The position numbers and the translations under genes were made by a program. Shown piece by piece: positions 16,346-25,870 of a stretch of DNA of 64,000 bases. The DNA comes from an uncultured Lachnoclostridium sp. (GTDB lineage: Bacteria; Bacillota; Clostridia; Lachnospirales; Lachnospiraceae). The DNA is taken from positions 34-64,033 of the forward strand of contig CALWDO010000010.1 of the NCBI GenBank assembly GCA_944376715.1, written 5' to 3'. The notes beneath the pieces are model-generated. The model was given only the letters and a program-made list of their open reading frames with translations, did no database searches and was not told the DNA's origin. Position 1 is the first letter of the stretch, and the number at the start of each line of letters is the position of its first letter.

Positions 16346-18043
16346 ATGGAAGAGAGCAGAATCATGGAGGAGTACCGGATCTGGCGGGAGAATGCCAAGG
16401 CGGATCCGGATGTGGTGAAAGAGCTTCAGGAAATAGAAGGAGACGAAGCGCGGATTGAAGACGCGTTTTATCGGGATCTGGCTTTTGGAACCGGCGGGCT
16501 GCGCGGTGTGATCGGCGCGGGAACTAACCGGATGAATGTGCATACGGTGGCAAAAGCTTCTCAGGGACTGGCAGATTATGTAAAAAAACATTATGAAGGC
16601 GGCGAGGGGAAGATCGCGGTAAGTTATGACTCCCGCATCAAATCGGATCTGTTCGCACAGGTGGCGTCCGGAGTGTTTGCGGCTAATGGTATTCAGGTAT
16701 ATATTTATCCGCAGCTGATGCCCACTCCGTGTCTGTCGTTTGCAGTGAGAAATCTGAACTGCGCGGCGGGAATCATGGTGACGGCCTCCCATAATCCATC
16801 CAAGTACAACGGATATAAAGTCTACGGAGCGGACGGCTGTCAGATCACTACGGAAGCAGCGGCAGAGATTCTGGGTGAGATCGAGAAACTGGATATCTTC
16901 AAAGAAGTACGGACCATGGACTTCCAGAAGGGCGTGGATGAAGGAAAGATTCATTATATCGGGGAAGATATCTATACGGCGTTTGTGGAAGCGGTGAAAG
17001 GCCAGTCCATGCTGGATGAAAAGACGCCGGCGGATAAAGATGTGGCGGTCGTTTATTCCCCGCTTAACGGAACCGGATTGAAACCGGTGCTTCGTACTTT
17101 AAAAGAGAGCGGATACACGAACATCACCGTGGTCAAAGAACAGGAACAGCCGGACGGCCGTTTTCCGACCTGTCCATATCCGAATCCCGAGATCCGGGAG
17201 GCGATGGCGCTGGGGATGGAATACGCCAGAAAATATCAGGCAGATCTTCTGCTTGCCACGGATCCGGACTGTGACCGGGTAGGCATCGCGGTGAAAAATC
17301 GGGATGGAGAATATGTACTTTTGTCCGGAAATGAGACAGGGATGCTGCTTCTGGATTACATTTGTTCCCGCCGCAGAGAAATGGGAACGATGCCGGAGGA
17401 TCCGGTGGCGGTAAAGACCATTGTGACCATCGATATGGCGGAGCGCATCGCAGCTCATTACGGGGTACGGACGGTCAACGTGCTGACCGGGTTCAAATTT
17501 ATCGGAGAACAGATCGGCCTGTTGGAGAAGAAGGGAAAAGCGGATTCTTATATCTTCGGATTTGAGGAGAGCTACGGATATCTGAGCGGTTCCTATGTCA
17601 GAGACAAAGACGCTGTGGACGGCGCGTTTTTGATCTGTGAGATGTTTGCGTATTACAGGACCAAGGGTATCAGCCTGCTGGAAAAGCTGGAGGAACTGTA
17701 CCGTACTTATGGATTCTGCCTGAATACGCTGCATTCTTATGAGTTTGACGGATCGGCAGGATTTGCAAAGATGCAGGAGATCATGAAAGCGTTCCGTACA
17801 GGCCTGACAGATATCGGACCCAAAAAGGTAGAGCGCTGCCTGGATTACGCGGAAGGGCTGGACGGCCTTCCCAAGTCGGATGTGCTGAAATTTCTGCTGG
17901 AGGATAACTGCTCTGTGGTGATCCGTCCCTCCGGTACAGAGCCGAAGCTGAAAGCTTATATCTCGGTGAGCGCTCCGGACAGGGCCGAAGCGGAGGCGGT
18001 AGAGGGCCGGATCGTGGAAAGTCTGAAAGAAATCATAAAATAA
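16346..18043 (+). CDS. Phosphomannomutase/phosphoglucomutase
   Basis: FGTGGLRG, TASHNP, DPDCDR, GFEESYG, RPSGTEPKLK. Confidence 0.95.
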   Translation: MEESRIMEEYRIWRENAKADPDVVKELQEIEGDEARIEDAFYRDLAFGTGGLRGVIGAGTNRMNVHTVAKASQGLADYVKKHYEGGEGKIAVSYDSRIKSDLFAQVASGVFAANGIQVYIYPQLMPTPCLSFAVRNLNCAAGIMVTASHNPSKYNGYKVYGADGCQITTEAAAEILGEIEKLDIFKEVRTMDFQKGVDEGKIHYIGEDIYTAFVEAVKGQSMLDEKTPADKDVAVVYSPLNGTGLKPVLRTLKESGYTNITVVKEQEQPDGRFPTCPYPNPEIREAMALGMEYARKYQADLLLATDPDCDRVGIAVKNRDGEYVLLSGNETGMLLLDYICSRRREMGTMPEDPVAVKTIVTIDMAERIAAHYGVRTVNVLTGFKFIGEQIGLLEKKGKADSYIFGFEESYGYLSGSYVRDKDAVDGAFLICEMFAYYRTKGISLLEKLEELYRTYGFCLNTLHSYEFDGSAGFAKMQEIMKAFRTGLTDIGPKKVERCLDYAEGLDGLPKSDVLKFLLEDNCSVVIRPSGTEPKLKAYISVSAPDRAEAEAVEGRIVESLKEIIK

Positions 18044-18061
18044 ATCCTTACGGAATAAGTT
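18033..18061 (+). promoter_or_regulatory. sigmaE-type (mother-cell) promoter of spmB
   Basis: TCATA-16 nt-AATAAGTT matches ATA-N16-cATAcanT; spmB is a known sigmaE-regulon gene. Confidence 0.5.
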
Positions 18062-18088
18062 AAAAAAAAGAGAAACGGAGAGAAGCGT

Positions 18089-18616
18089 TTGAAGTTTTTC
18101 TATTTTCTCTCGGATTTTATTATTCCGTTTGTGATTTTTTATCTGATCGCCTATGGCCTGGCAGAAAAGGTACAGGTATATGATGAGTTTGTCGCCGGAG
18201 CGGCGGACGGGCTGAAGATTGTGCTGAAGATTATGCCGACTCTGGTGGGGCTGATGGTTGCTGTGGGGATGCTGCGGGCGTCGGGGTTTCTGGATCTGGT
18301 ATCCAGTTTCCTGGCTCCTGCGGCATCCTTTCTGCATTTTCCCGCGGAGCTGGTCCCGCTGACATTGATCCGGATGTTTTCCTCTTCGGCGGCGTCTTCC
18401 ATGGTGATAGATATCTATAAGTCTTACGGGACGGATTCTTATATCGGAACCCTGGCGTCGATCATGATGGGATGCACAGAGACGATTTTCTATACCATGA
18501 GCGTCTATTTCCTGACCGCGAAAGTGACGAAGACCCGCTGGACCCTGGCCGGAGCGCTGGCGGCCACCTTCGGAGGCCTGGCGGCCAGCGTAGTGCTTGC
18601 AGGGATGATGAGATAA
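18089..18616 (+). CDS. spmB: Spore maturation protein B
   Basis: VYDEFVAGA.DG, P.LVGLMVAVGMLRASG, P.ELVPL, TETIFYT.SVYF; TTG start. Confidence 0.9.
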   Translation: MKFFYFLSDFIIPFVIFYLIAYGLAEKVQVYDEFVAGAADGLKIVLKIMPTLVGLMVAVGMLRASGFLDLVSSFLAPAASFLHFPAELVPLTLIRMFSSSAASSMVIDIYKSYGTDSYIGTLASIMMGCTETIFYTMSVYFLTAKVTKTRWTLAGALAATFGGLAASVVLAGMMR

Positions 18617-18695
18617 TTTCTCCGGCGTTGAAGAGAAAAGAAATTTATGCTATACTTGCACCAGATAAAATGAATTTTCGCGAAGGAGGTGGGGC

Positions 18696-19130
18696 ATGAA
18701 CCGGGAAGAGCTGTTGAATCAGCTGCTAGTAATGACATTTAACGAGATCATGGATGCGGAGAACCGCGCGCTGATTACGGGCGCGTTCAAAGAGATCTCC
18801 ATCAATGACGTGCATATCATCGACGCGGTCGGGATCGCGGAGCCCAGGAACATGTCCACCGTGGCGAAGAAGATGTCGGTGACGGTAGGCACGCTGACTA
18901 CCGCCATCAACAATCTTGTGAAGAAGGGTTATGTTTCACGTATCCGCAGCGCAGAGGACAAGCGGGTAGTACTGCTCTCTCTGACCGAGAAGGGCAGGAA
19001 GGTCTACCGGCGTCATGCTGCTTACCACAGAAAGATGGTCCAGACGGTCATGGAGGGGCTGAACGGAGAGGAGATGGACGTTCTCGCCCGCGCCCTGGAA
19101 AAGATCCGGGGATACTTCCAGGAGGTTTAG
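18696..19130 (+). CDS. MarR family regulator, FabT-like
   Basis: FKEISINDVHIIDAVG, VTVGTLTTAINNLVKKGYV.R.RS.EDKRVV.L.LTEKG, H..YH..MV, as in streptococcal FabT. Confidence 0.85.
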   Translation: MNREELLNQLLVMTFNEIMDAENRALITGAFKEISINDVHIIDAVGIAEPRNMSTVAKKMSVTVGTLTTAINNLVKKGYVSRIRSAEDKRVVLLSLTEKGRKVYRRHAAYHRKMVQTVMEGLNGEEMDVLARALEKIRGYFQEV

Positions 19131-20828
19131 ATCTTTTTCCAGAAGAAAGAAGGGCGCGGGTCCGGCGGTCAGGAACCATTCATGAAAATCAGATATGGAG
19201 ATTTCCGGGGAGAGTGCCAGCGCGCTCTCTTTTAGTTTGCAGATTTCCAGATAGCCCAGATAATATTTCAGATAGTTGGAAGGCTCTTCCAGTATATCCA
19301 TATAGAGGGCATGGGTCTGATCTTCGTCAGTGACTCCGAAAGATGAAAGGTAGTTCCTGCATTCTTCTTCTGTCCATCCTTCTGTATGGACAGCCAGATC
19401 CAGGGTGGCGCAGATGGCATAGTTCAATGAGGAAAGAGCCCGCAGGAAACCTGCCTCCGTATCAGTAAGCCCCAGGAAATCATAGGCGTAGAATTCACTG
19501 TACAGCCCCCAGCCTTCCGTGTATCCGCCCACGTAGACCATAGAACGGATCGGAGCGTAAGTCCCTGTTCGTTCAAATGCGTTTTGATACAGATGGCCCG
19601 GGTACCCTTCGTGCGCCAGCGTGGTGACCAGTTCCTTAGAGTCTGGTTCATAGGACGGATTGATATAGATATTGTTTTCTTCCGGCTGATCAAGAGCGGG
19701 AACCATGTAAAAAGCGGGACTGAGCCAGTCTTCTAAAGATTCGGGAACCTCTTTGACCTGCCAGGAGATATCTTCCGGGATTTCGGGGAAATCGTCCTGG
19801 ATCCGGACCGTCAGATTTTTCAGTATCTCGTCCGCGGAACTGGCAGAAGGAACGCTTTTGGTCAGACTCAAAACGTCTGCGTCTTCATGGATGGCGAAAA
19901 GGATCGTTTCATAATCGTCCGCGATCTGTTCCTCCAGCATGCGGCGGATGACCGGCACGCTGAGGTCTGTTCCTATGGAATAGCGAAGAAGATATTCATA
20001 GTAAGAAATACCTTCCGGCGTATAGTAGAGTCCCGCGGTATTGATGCCGGTTCCGCGGAGATTTTCCAGGGCCAGGCAGAGCTGCTGGTACGCGGGGCGA
20101 AAATACCGGTTCAGCGCGCCTAGATTCTGTACTTCATAGGAGATTTTTTGATCTGAGTCCAGAAAATCACAGGCTTCCAGCCGTTCGGCAAAAGTGGTGA
20201 CAAGAAAGTGTTCATCATCAATTTCCATGATGGAGCGGCATTGGTTCAATACCTGATCCAGAGTTTCATCTGTCATAAAGAGTCCTGCATTGGATTTTTC
20301 TTCTTCGAAACCGGCAATCTGCATGAAATAATCAGGAAGCTCGGCAAGAAGCTTCAGATATGTGTCAATATCTTCTTGATTCCGGAAAGCGTATTCTGCC
20401 AGCAGGATGGGAAGCTGTGCCTGAGTGCCAAGTGTGGGTCCTAAGGGTTCCTGATAATAATAAAAATCATCCAGAGTCAGCTGAGCGTCCACCCACCAGG
20501 ACAGAAGCGCCGCGATGCGTTGTTCCTCTTCATCAAGGTTTTTTCCCCTGTATTCCTCCAGACGCTCACGGCAGGAGACCAGCCAAGCATGCTCCTTTGT
20601 TCTTGCTTCTGCCGAGAAATCTCCCAGAGCAGGTTCTTCTTCAGGGATTCCATAGGCAGAAGGGTCTGCCAGCATGTAGTGCAGGCTCAAAGTATCTGTA
20701 CTCAACTCATGACAGAATATTTCCATGGTGTAATCCTGAAAATCCTGGCCCAGACGGAGAAACCAGGAAAAGATAGAAGTATGTATGGTAAGCAGCAGAG
20801 CCATCCCTGCGGCAAGACCTCTGTACAT
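18936..20828 (-). CDS. DUF885-family exported protein (zincin-like motif)
   Basis: N-terminal hydrophobic segment, SPAFYMVP, TLAHEGYPGHLYQ, GYTEGWGLYSE, YLKYYLGYLEI, FH...L..GPAPF; 3' end overlaps the MarR gene by 195 nt. Confidence 0.85.
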   Translation of the reverse strand: MYRGLAAGMALLLTIHTSIFSWFLRLGQDFQDYTMEIFCHELSTDTLSLHYMLADPSAYGIPEEEPALGDFSAEARTKEHAWLVSCRERLEEYRGKNLDEEEQRIAALLSWWVDAQLTLDDFYYYQEPLGPTLGTQAQLPILLAEYAFRNQEDIDTYLKLLAELPDYFMQIAGFEEEKSNAGLFMTDETLDQVLNQCRSIMEIDDEHFLVTTFAERLEACDFLDSDQKISYEVQNLGALNRYFRPAYQQLCLALENLRGTGINTAGLYYTPEGISYYEYLLRYSIGTDLSVPVIRRMLEEQIADDYETILFAIHEDADVLSLTKSVPSASSADEILKNLTVRIQDDFPEIPEDISWQVKEVPESLEDWLSPAFYMVPALDQPEENNIYINPSYEPDSKELVTTLAHEGYPGHLYQNAFERTGTYAPIRSMVYVGGYTEGWGLYSEFYAYDFLGLTDTEAGFLRALSSLNYAICATLDLAVHTEGWTEEECRNYLSSFGVTDEDQTHALYMDILEEPSNYLKYYLGYLEICKLKESALALSPEISISDFHEWFLTAGPAPFFLLEKDLNLLEVSPDLFQGAGENVHLLSVQPLHDRLDHLSVVSSMTPVDLPALLGQREQYYPLVLCAADT

Positions 20829-20858
20829 ATGCAGTCACTCCTGAAAGTTTGTCAGATA

Positions 20859-20887
20859 AATATATGCAGATGAAAACAGAAATATGC
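20859..20887 (-). promoter_or_regulatory. sigmaE-type promoter of the DUF885 gene
   Basis: Minus strand GCATA-TTTCTGTTTTCATCTG(16)-CATATATT, about 30 nt before the ATG. Confidence 0.6.
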
Positions 20888-21089
20888 ACTTTTTTGCGAT
20901 TGGCAAGAAAGTGCAGTTTTTTTGGTCATAAGATTTATTCTTTGACAAATATTTTAAAAATAATGGCAATTATCTTGAATTGAATGAAAATATTGCACAA
21001 GATATAATTTTTATAGGCGCCAGGAATAGGAAAATTGCTGACGCCGGTACCTATCCATACAAAATACAAATATAGGGAGGAAAGAAAAA

Positions 21090-22283
21090 ATGAAAAGAAA
21101 AGTCATTAGTGTGTTGTTGTCACTGGGCATGATTTCCGCTCTGGTGACCGGATGCTCTTCATCGTCGGGAACAGAAACGACGACAAGCACCGATACCACT
21201 ACAGAGGCTGCAGCTGACACGGAGGAAGCGGCAGATACCGAAGAAGCTGCTCCGGCCGGAGAGACTTCCGCTACCGCCGGCGTAATCTGGTATAACTTTG
21301 CAGATACCTTTATCGCTAATGCGCGTCAGTGCCTGAACAACGTGGCGGCGGCAGACGGCACGATCAAGATCACGGACGCCGACAGCCAGAACGACGTGGC
21401 GACGCAGGACAATAACCTGAATAACTTTATCACCCAGAAACCGAAATATCTGGTGATTAACAATATCAATAACCCGGCAGCGGACACAATCGCGGCTACC
21501 TGTACGGAGAACGGCATTATCCCGATTTTCGCGAATACGACCAGCCCCTCCGACGAGGCATTTGAGGCAAATCCGGATCTCTGGTATGTATCCTCTGTTT
21601 CCGAGCAGTCCGGTGAAAACATGGGTAATGCCATCGTGGAATATTTCAATACCCATGACAACTGGGACAGAAACGGCAACGGAAAAGTAGATTTTATTCT
21701 CCTTCAGGGTATGCAGACCTTCAGCGATACCATCAACCGTTCTTCCTACAGCCTGGCTACGATCGAGGCAGCAGGATATGAACTGGGCACCAACATCGGC
21801 GGCGATGATGTAACCGGCGTTCAGGGCGGAGATTCCATCAACGGCGTGCTCTGCAACTTCTCCCGTTCCGAAGCTCAGACGAACGTAGAAGCGTTGATCG
21901 CGAACTATGGCGACGACATCGACTGTATCCTGGCAGACAACGACGACGAGGCACTTGGAGCAATCGCAGCTCTTCAGGCACACGGATACTTTACAGACGA
22001 CAGCAACTATATCCCGGTTGTAGGCGTGGATGCAACCGTTGCAGGATGCGAGGCAATCAGCAACGGCACACTGCTTGGCACCAGTCTGAATAATCCGGTA
22101 AAACTGGCAAAAGCAGTTTACAAGGTAATGTACCTGCTTGAGAATGGCGAAGAAGTGACTACAGAGAGCCTGGGTATGGACGGCGTGACGGTGGAAGGAC
22201 ATAAAGTCCTGATCGACTACATCCCCATCACCGCAGACAATGTAGATGAGGCAACTTACGACATTAATGATACGAGCTTCTGA
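21090..22283 (+). CDS. Monosaccharide ABC transporter substrate-binding lipoprotein (MglB-like)
   Basis: Lipobox VTGC, acidic linker, Ca-loop DRNGNGKVD, NDDEALGAI, VVGVDA, GTSLNN. Confidence 0.88.
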   Translation: MKRKVISVLLSLGMISALVTGCSSSSGTETTTSTDTTTEAAADTEEAADTEEAAPAGETSATAGVIWYNFADTFIANARQCLNNVAAADGTIKITDADSQNDVATQDNNLNNFITQKPKYLVINNINNPAADTIAATCTENGIIPIFANTTSPSDEAFEANPDLWYVSSVSEQSGENMGNAIVEYFNTHDNWDRNGNGKVDFILLQGMQTFSDTINRSSYSLATIEAAGYELGTNIGGDDVTGVQGGDSINGVLCNFSRSEAQTNVEALIANYGDDIDCILADNDDEALGAIAALQAHGYFTDDSNYIPVVGVDATVAGCEAISNGTLLGTSLNNPVKLAKAVYKVMYLLENGEEVTTESLGMDGVTVEGHKVLIDYIPITADNVDEATYDINDTSF

Positions 22284-22318
22284 TAAAACCTGTTGTTTCA
22301 TGAAGCATGAGCCATAGA

Positions 22319-22346
22319 GGATCAGGCTTTCCGGCCTGATCCTTTT
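22319..22346 (+). terminator. Stem-loop after the SBP gene
   Basis: GGATCAGGC / GCCTGATCC-TTTT. Confidence 0.65.
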
Positions 22347-22367
22347 CAGTAAATAGGAGAAAGTCAG

Positions 22368-23924
22368 ATGAGTGATATAAAATATGTTTTAGAGGCGACA
22401 GAGATCACCAAGACCTTCCCGGGAGTGAAGGCCCTGGATAAGGTGTCGCTGCGCGTAAGGCCGGGTACGGTACATGCCCTTATGGGAGAGAACGGAGCCG
22501 GAAAATCCACACTGATGAAGTGTATTTACGGAATCTACAGTCCGGATGAGGGAAGTATTCGGGTAGGCGGTGAAGAGACTCAGATACATAATCCAAGGAT
22601 GGCTATGGATCTGGGAATTTCTATGATCCATCAGGAACTGCATCCGGTGCGGCCCCAGACTGTGGCCGAGAATATTTTCCTGGGTCGGATTCCTTACAAG
22701 AAAGCTGCGGGAATCCGCTGGGTAGATAAGGAAAAGCTGGTAAACGATACGCAGAAAGTGTTTGACCGGCTGGGGCTGGACATTGACCCCAAACAGAAGG
22801 TGGAAGAGCTTTCCACATCCTATTGCCAGTTGATCGAGATTGCCCGGGCAGTTTCCTTCGGTGCAAAAATCATTATCATGGATGAGCCTACCTCTTCCCT
22901 TACCGAGACCGAGACGGAGATCCTGTTCCGGATTATTAAACAGTTGAAAGAAGAGAATGTAGCTATTATCTATATTTCTCACAAAATCGATGAGATCCTT
23001 CAGATTTCAGATGAGATCACGATCATGAGAGACGGGCAGCTGGTGGGAACCTGGCCCGCGGAAGAGATGACCACGGATCTGATCGTCAGCCGTATGGTAG
23101 GCCGTGAAATGAATGACCGTTTTCCGCCGAAATCCCACAAACCGATGGAGGAAGAACTGCTGCGGGTAGAAGGGCTCACCAGCGCCAATCCGCATTCTTT
23201 CCAGGATGTGAGTTTTTCTGTCCGGAGAGGAGAGATCTTTGGAATCGGCGGTCTGGTGGGCTCCCAGCGAAGCGAGCTGATGGAATCCATCTTCGGACTG
23301 AGGCGGATCGAAGACGGGAAAATATATATTAAAGGCAAAGAAGTGCATATCAGGCGTCCGTTTGACGCGGTCAGAAATAAGATGGCGCTCCTTACCGAGG
23401 ACAGAAGAAAAACAGGAAACATCGGCCCCGCATCCATCACGGATAATACGCTGGTGGTGGAGCAGAATGTCAATCCAAAAAGATATTGGAGACATGGCCT
23501 TCCTTTTATAGACTACGCAAAAAGAAATTCAGATGCTCAGAAATATGTGGATAAGCTGTCAGTAAAGACGCCGTCCCTGAAGACACAGATCCAGACATTA
23601 TCCGGAGGAAACCAGCAGAAAGTACTGTTGGGAAGGTGGCTGCTTTCAGAGCCGGATATTCTGATTCTTGATGAACCCACGCGAGGCATCGATGTGGGCG
23701 CCAAATATGAGATTTATGAATTGATGGAAGAGATGGCACGGGACGGAAAATGTGTGATCATGATCAGCTCCGAGATGCCGGAACTGATCGGAATGTCTGA
23801 CCGGATCATGGTCATGTGCGAAGGACATAAATCAGGGATACTGGAAGGAAATGAAATTCAAGAGGAAAGGATCATGCTGCTTGCGAGCACGTATAAGGCA
23901 GATGAAGCAGGGGAACAGAAATGA
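22368..23924 (+). CDS. Monosaccharide ABC transporter ATP-binding protein (MglA-like, tandem NBDs)
   Basis: GENGAGKST, MDEPTSSL, LSGGNQQKV, LDEPTRGIDVGAK. Confidence 0.95.
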   Translation: MSDIKYVLEATEITKTFPGVKALDKVSLRVRPGTVHALMGENGAGKSTLMKCIYGIYSPDEGSIRVGGEETQIHNPRMAMDLGISMIHQELHPVRPQTVAENIFLGRIPYKKAAGIRWVDKEKLVNDTQKVFDRLGLDIDPKQKVEELSTSYCQLIEIARAVSFGAKIIIMDEPTSSLTETETEILFRIIKQLKEENVAIIYISHKIDEILQISDEITIMRDGQLVGTWPAEEMTTDLIVSRMVGREMNDRFPPKSHKPMEEELLRVEGLTSANPHSFQDVSFSVRRGEIFGIGGLVGSQRSELMESIFGLRRIEDGKIYIKGKEVHIRRPFDAVRNKMALLTEDRRKTGNIGPASITDNTLVVEQNVNPKRYWRHGLPFIDYAKRNSDAQKYVDKLSVKTPSLKTQIQTLSGGNQQKVLLGRWLLSEPDILILDEPTRGIDVGAKYEIYELMEEMARDGKCVIMISSEMPELIGMSDRIMVMCEGHKSGILEGNEIQEERIMLLASTYKADEAGEQK

Positions 23925-24916
23925 AAACGAATAAGATAAGTAAATTGCTGGTCAATAATATTTTGTACATATGTCTTCTTTTAATGATTGCGGCTATCGC
24001 GGTAGCTTCGCCGTCATTCCTGTCGCTGCGGGTGCTCAGCGACGTGCTCATTCAGAGCGCTCCGAAGATACTGCTTGCTATGGGTATGCTTGTGGTCATT
24101 ATCGCAGGCGGAATGGATATGACGGTAGGCCGTCTTGCCGGTCTGGGCGCCGTTATATCCGGTACCTTTGCGCAGCAGGCGACTTATTATCTGAAGTTCT
24201 GGCCAAGCCTGCCGGAGCTTCCCATCATCGTTCCGATCCTGGTATCATTTATCGTAGGGCTTGTGGTAGGATGCGTGACCGGCGTGATTATTTCCAAACT
24301 GAAAGTGCCTGCATTCCTGGCCGGCCTGGGTATGCAGCAGATCCTGTATGGCGGCAATTTGCTGCTTCTTAAGAAAGAGCCGAACAGCTCCCAGCCGCTG
24401 GCGGGATTTAAACCGGAATTTACTGCGTTTGGAACCGGCTCTGTGTTCGGGATCTCTTATCTGATCATTCTGGCAGTAGTTGTGATGGTACTGGTATTTA
24501 TCCTTCTGAATATGACGACCCTTGGAAAGAATATCTATGCAACCGGCGGTAACCGGGAAGCTGCGAAAGTGGCCGGTATCGATGTATTCAAGATTGATAT
24601 GTTTGTGTATATGCTCTCCGGAGCACTGGCTTCTCTGGCAGGCTGCCTGCTGGCGGCGCGTACCGGAAGCGCTAACGCGACTTTCGCAGAGGGTTACGAA
24701 ATGGATGCCATCGCCAGCTGTGTAATCGGCGGCGCTTCATTTGCCGGCGGCATCGGAAATGTGCCGGGCGCTTTCCTCGGAGTTATCATTTTCAGCGTAA
24801 TCAATTACGGGCTTACTTTTGTGGGTCTGAGCTCTTACTGGCAGTATATTGTAAAAGGTCTGATCATTGTTGTGGCAGTAGCACTTGACATGAGGAAATA
24901 TTCGTCTAAAAATTAA
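23921..24916 (+). CDS. Monosaccharide ABC transporter permease (MglC-like)
   Basis: Multi-TM, GKNIYATGGNREAAKVAGI, YEMDAIASCVIGG.S..GG.G. Confidence 0.93.
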   Translation: MKTNKISKLLVNNILYICLLLMIAAIAVASPSFLSLRVLSDVLIQSAPKILLAMGMLVVIIAGGMDMTVGRLAGLGAVISGTFAQQATYYLKFWPSLPELPIIVPILVSFIVGLVVGCVTGVIISKLKVPAFLAGLGMQQILYGGNLLLLKKEPNSSQPLAGFKPEFTAFGTGSVFGISYLIILAVVVMVLVFILLNMTTLGKNIYATGGNREAAKVAGIDVFKIDMFVYMLSGALASLAGCLLAARTGSANATFAEGYEMDAIASCVIGGASFAGGIGNVPGAFLGVIIFSVINYGLTFVGLSSYWQYIVKGLIIVVAVALDMRKYSSKN

Positions 24917-24919
24917 TAC

Positions 24920-25870
24920 ATGAAGATTGATTACAAAAAAATATTGCCGGCACTGTGTGTGGCTGGTGCGGCGCTGGCCCTGGCAGGGACTTTTCTGATA
25001 AAACACCCTGCCGGGACGGACCGTCCGGTGACCAGAGTATCGGTAATTCTCCCTCATAATGACGATGCGTACTGGAGCCTGGTCAGGAACAGTATTGAAG
25101 AAGCGGACCAGGAGCTGGGCGACAAATATAATATTGATATAAAGATCTTTGTTCCTCAGTTAAACTATAATATTCCGCAGATGACGGAACTTTTGAGGCA
25201 GCAGGTGGCGGCGAAGGTGGATGTGCTGGTTATCCAGGGCAACGAGGACGCGCAGTTCAGAGCGGTTCTGGAAAAGGCGCACGAAGAAGGGATACAGATT
25301 ATCTGTGTAGATACACCATGTCAGGATTTTCCTTATGATCTCTATGTGGGGACGGATAACCGGGCAGCAGGGGAGATGATCGGGAGAGAACTGGCTCGTC
25401 TGACAGACGGGCAGGCAGATGTAGCGGTAGTATCCGGGGAGGAAGGTTACCTGAATCTGGAAGAACGGCTGGAAGGTTTTCGGGATGCCCTTGTGGATTA
25501 TCCGGGAATACATATCCAGGATGTCTGTTATGACGAGTATGATGGGCTGACTTTCATGCAGTTGTATCATGATCTGAGTGACGAGGCGGACGCGCTGGTC
25601 TGCCTGGAAGGAACCGGCGGTCAGACTGTATATCATACATATGCGCAAAGAGATGACACTTATAGAGTGATCGTTGGCTTTGATTCTTATGATGGAGTCA
25701 GGAGCGGTGTGCTGGATGGAGTCGTGAAACAGGACACGGAGCAGATGGGATGGAAAGTCGTGGAAGAGATTGCCGGATATATAGAGAATGGCAGATACAG
25801 CGCGGAGGAGATTTACACGGATATTATGTGGCTCACTTCAGAAAACTATGACGAGGTCATGAAAGAATGA
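24920..25870 (+). CDS. Membrane-anchored sugar-binding protein associated with the two-component system
   Basis: N-terminal TM, Peripla_BP type I motifs (YW..V, YVGTDN..AG, R.EGF), ATGA overlap with the kinase. Confidence 0.8.
   Translation: MKIDYKKILPALCVAGAALALAGTFLIKHPAGTDRPVTRVSVILPHNDDAYWSLVRNSIEEADQELGDKYNIDIKIFVPQLNYNIPQMTELLRQQVAAKVDVLVIQGNEDAQFRAVLEKAHEEGIQIICVDTPCQDFPYDLYVGTDNRAAGEMIGRELARLTDGQADVAVVSGEEGYLNLEERLEGFRDALVDYPGIHIQDVCYDEYDGLTFMQLYHDLSDEADALVCLEGTGGQTVYHTYAQRDDTYRVIVGFDSYDGVRSGVLDGVVKQDTEQMGWKVVEEIAGYIENGRYSAEEIYTDIMWLTSENYDEVMKE

Noticed and set aside
9598-18337. Long antisense ORFs (9598-10590, 12384-13295, 13460-14353, 14421-15260, 17099-18337)
   Set aside because: Shadows of well-conserved genes on the opposite strand; no recognisable motifs
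21171-21270. Thr/Glu/Ala-rich repeats in SBP N-termini
   Set aside because: Ordinary low-complexity lipoprotein linkers
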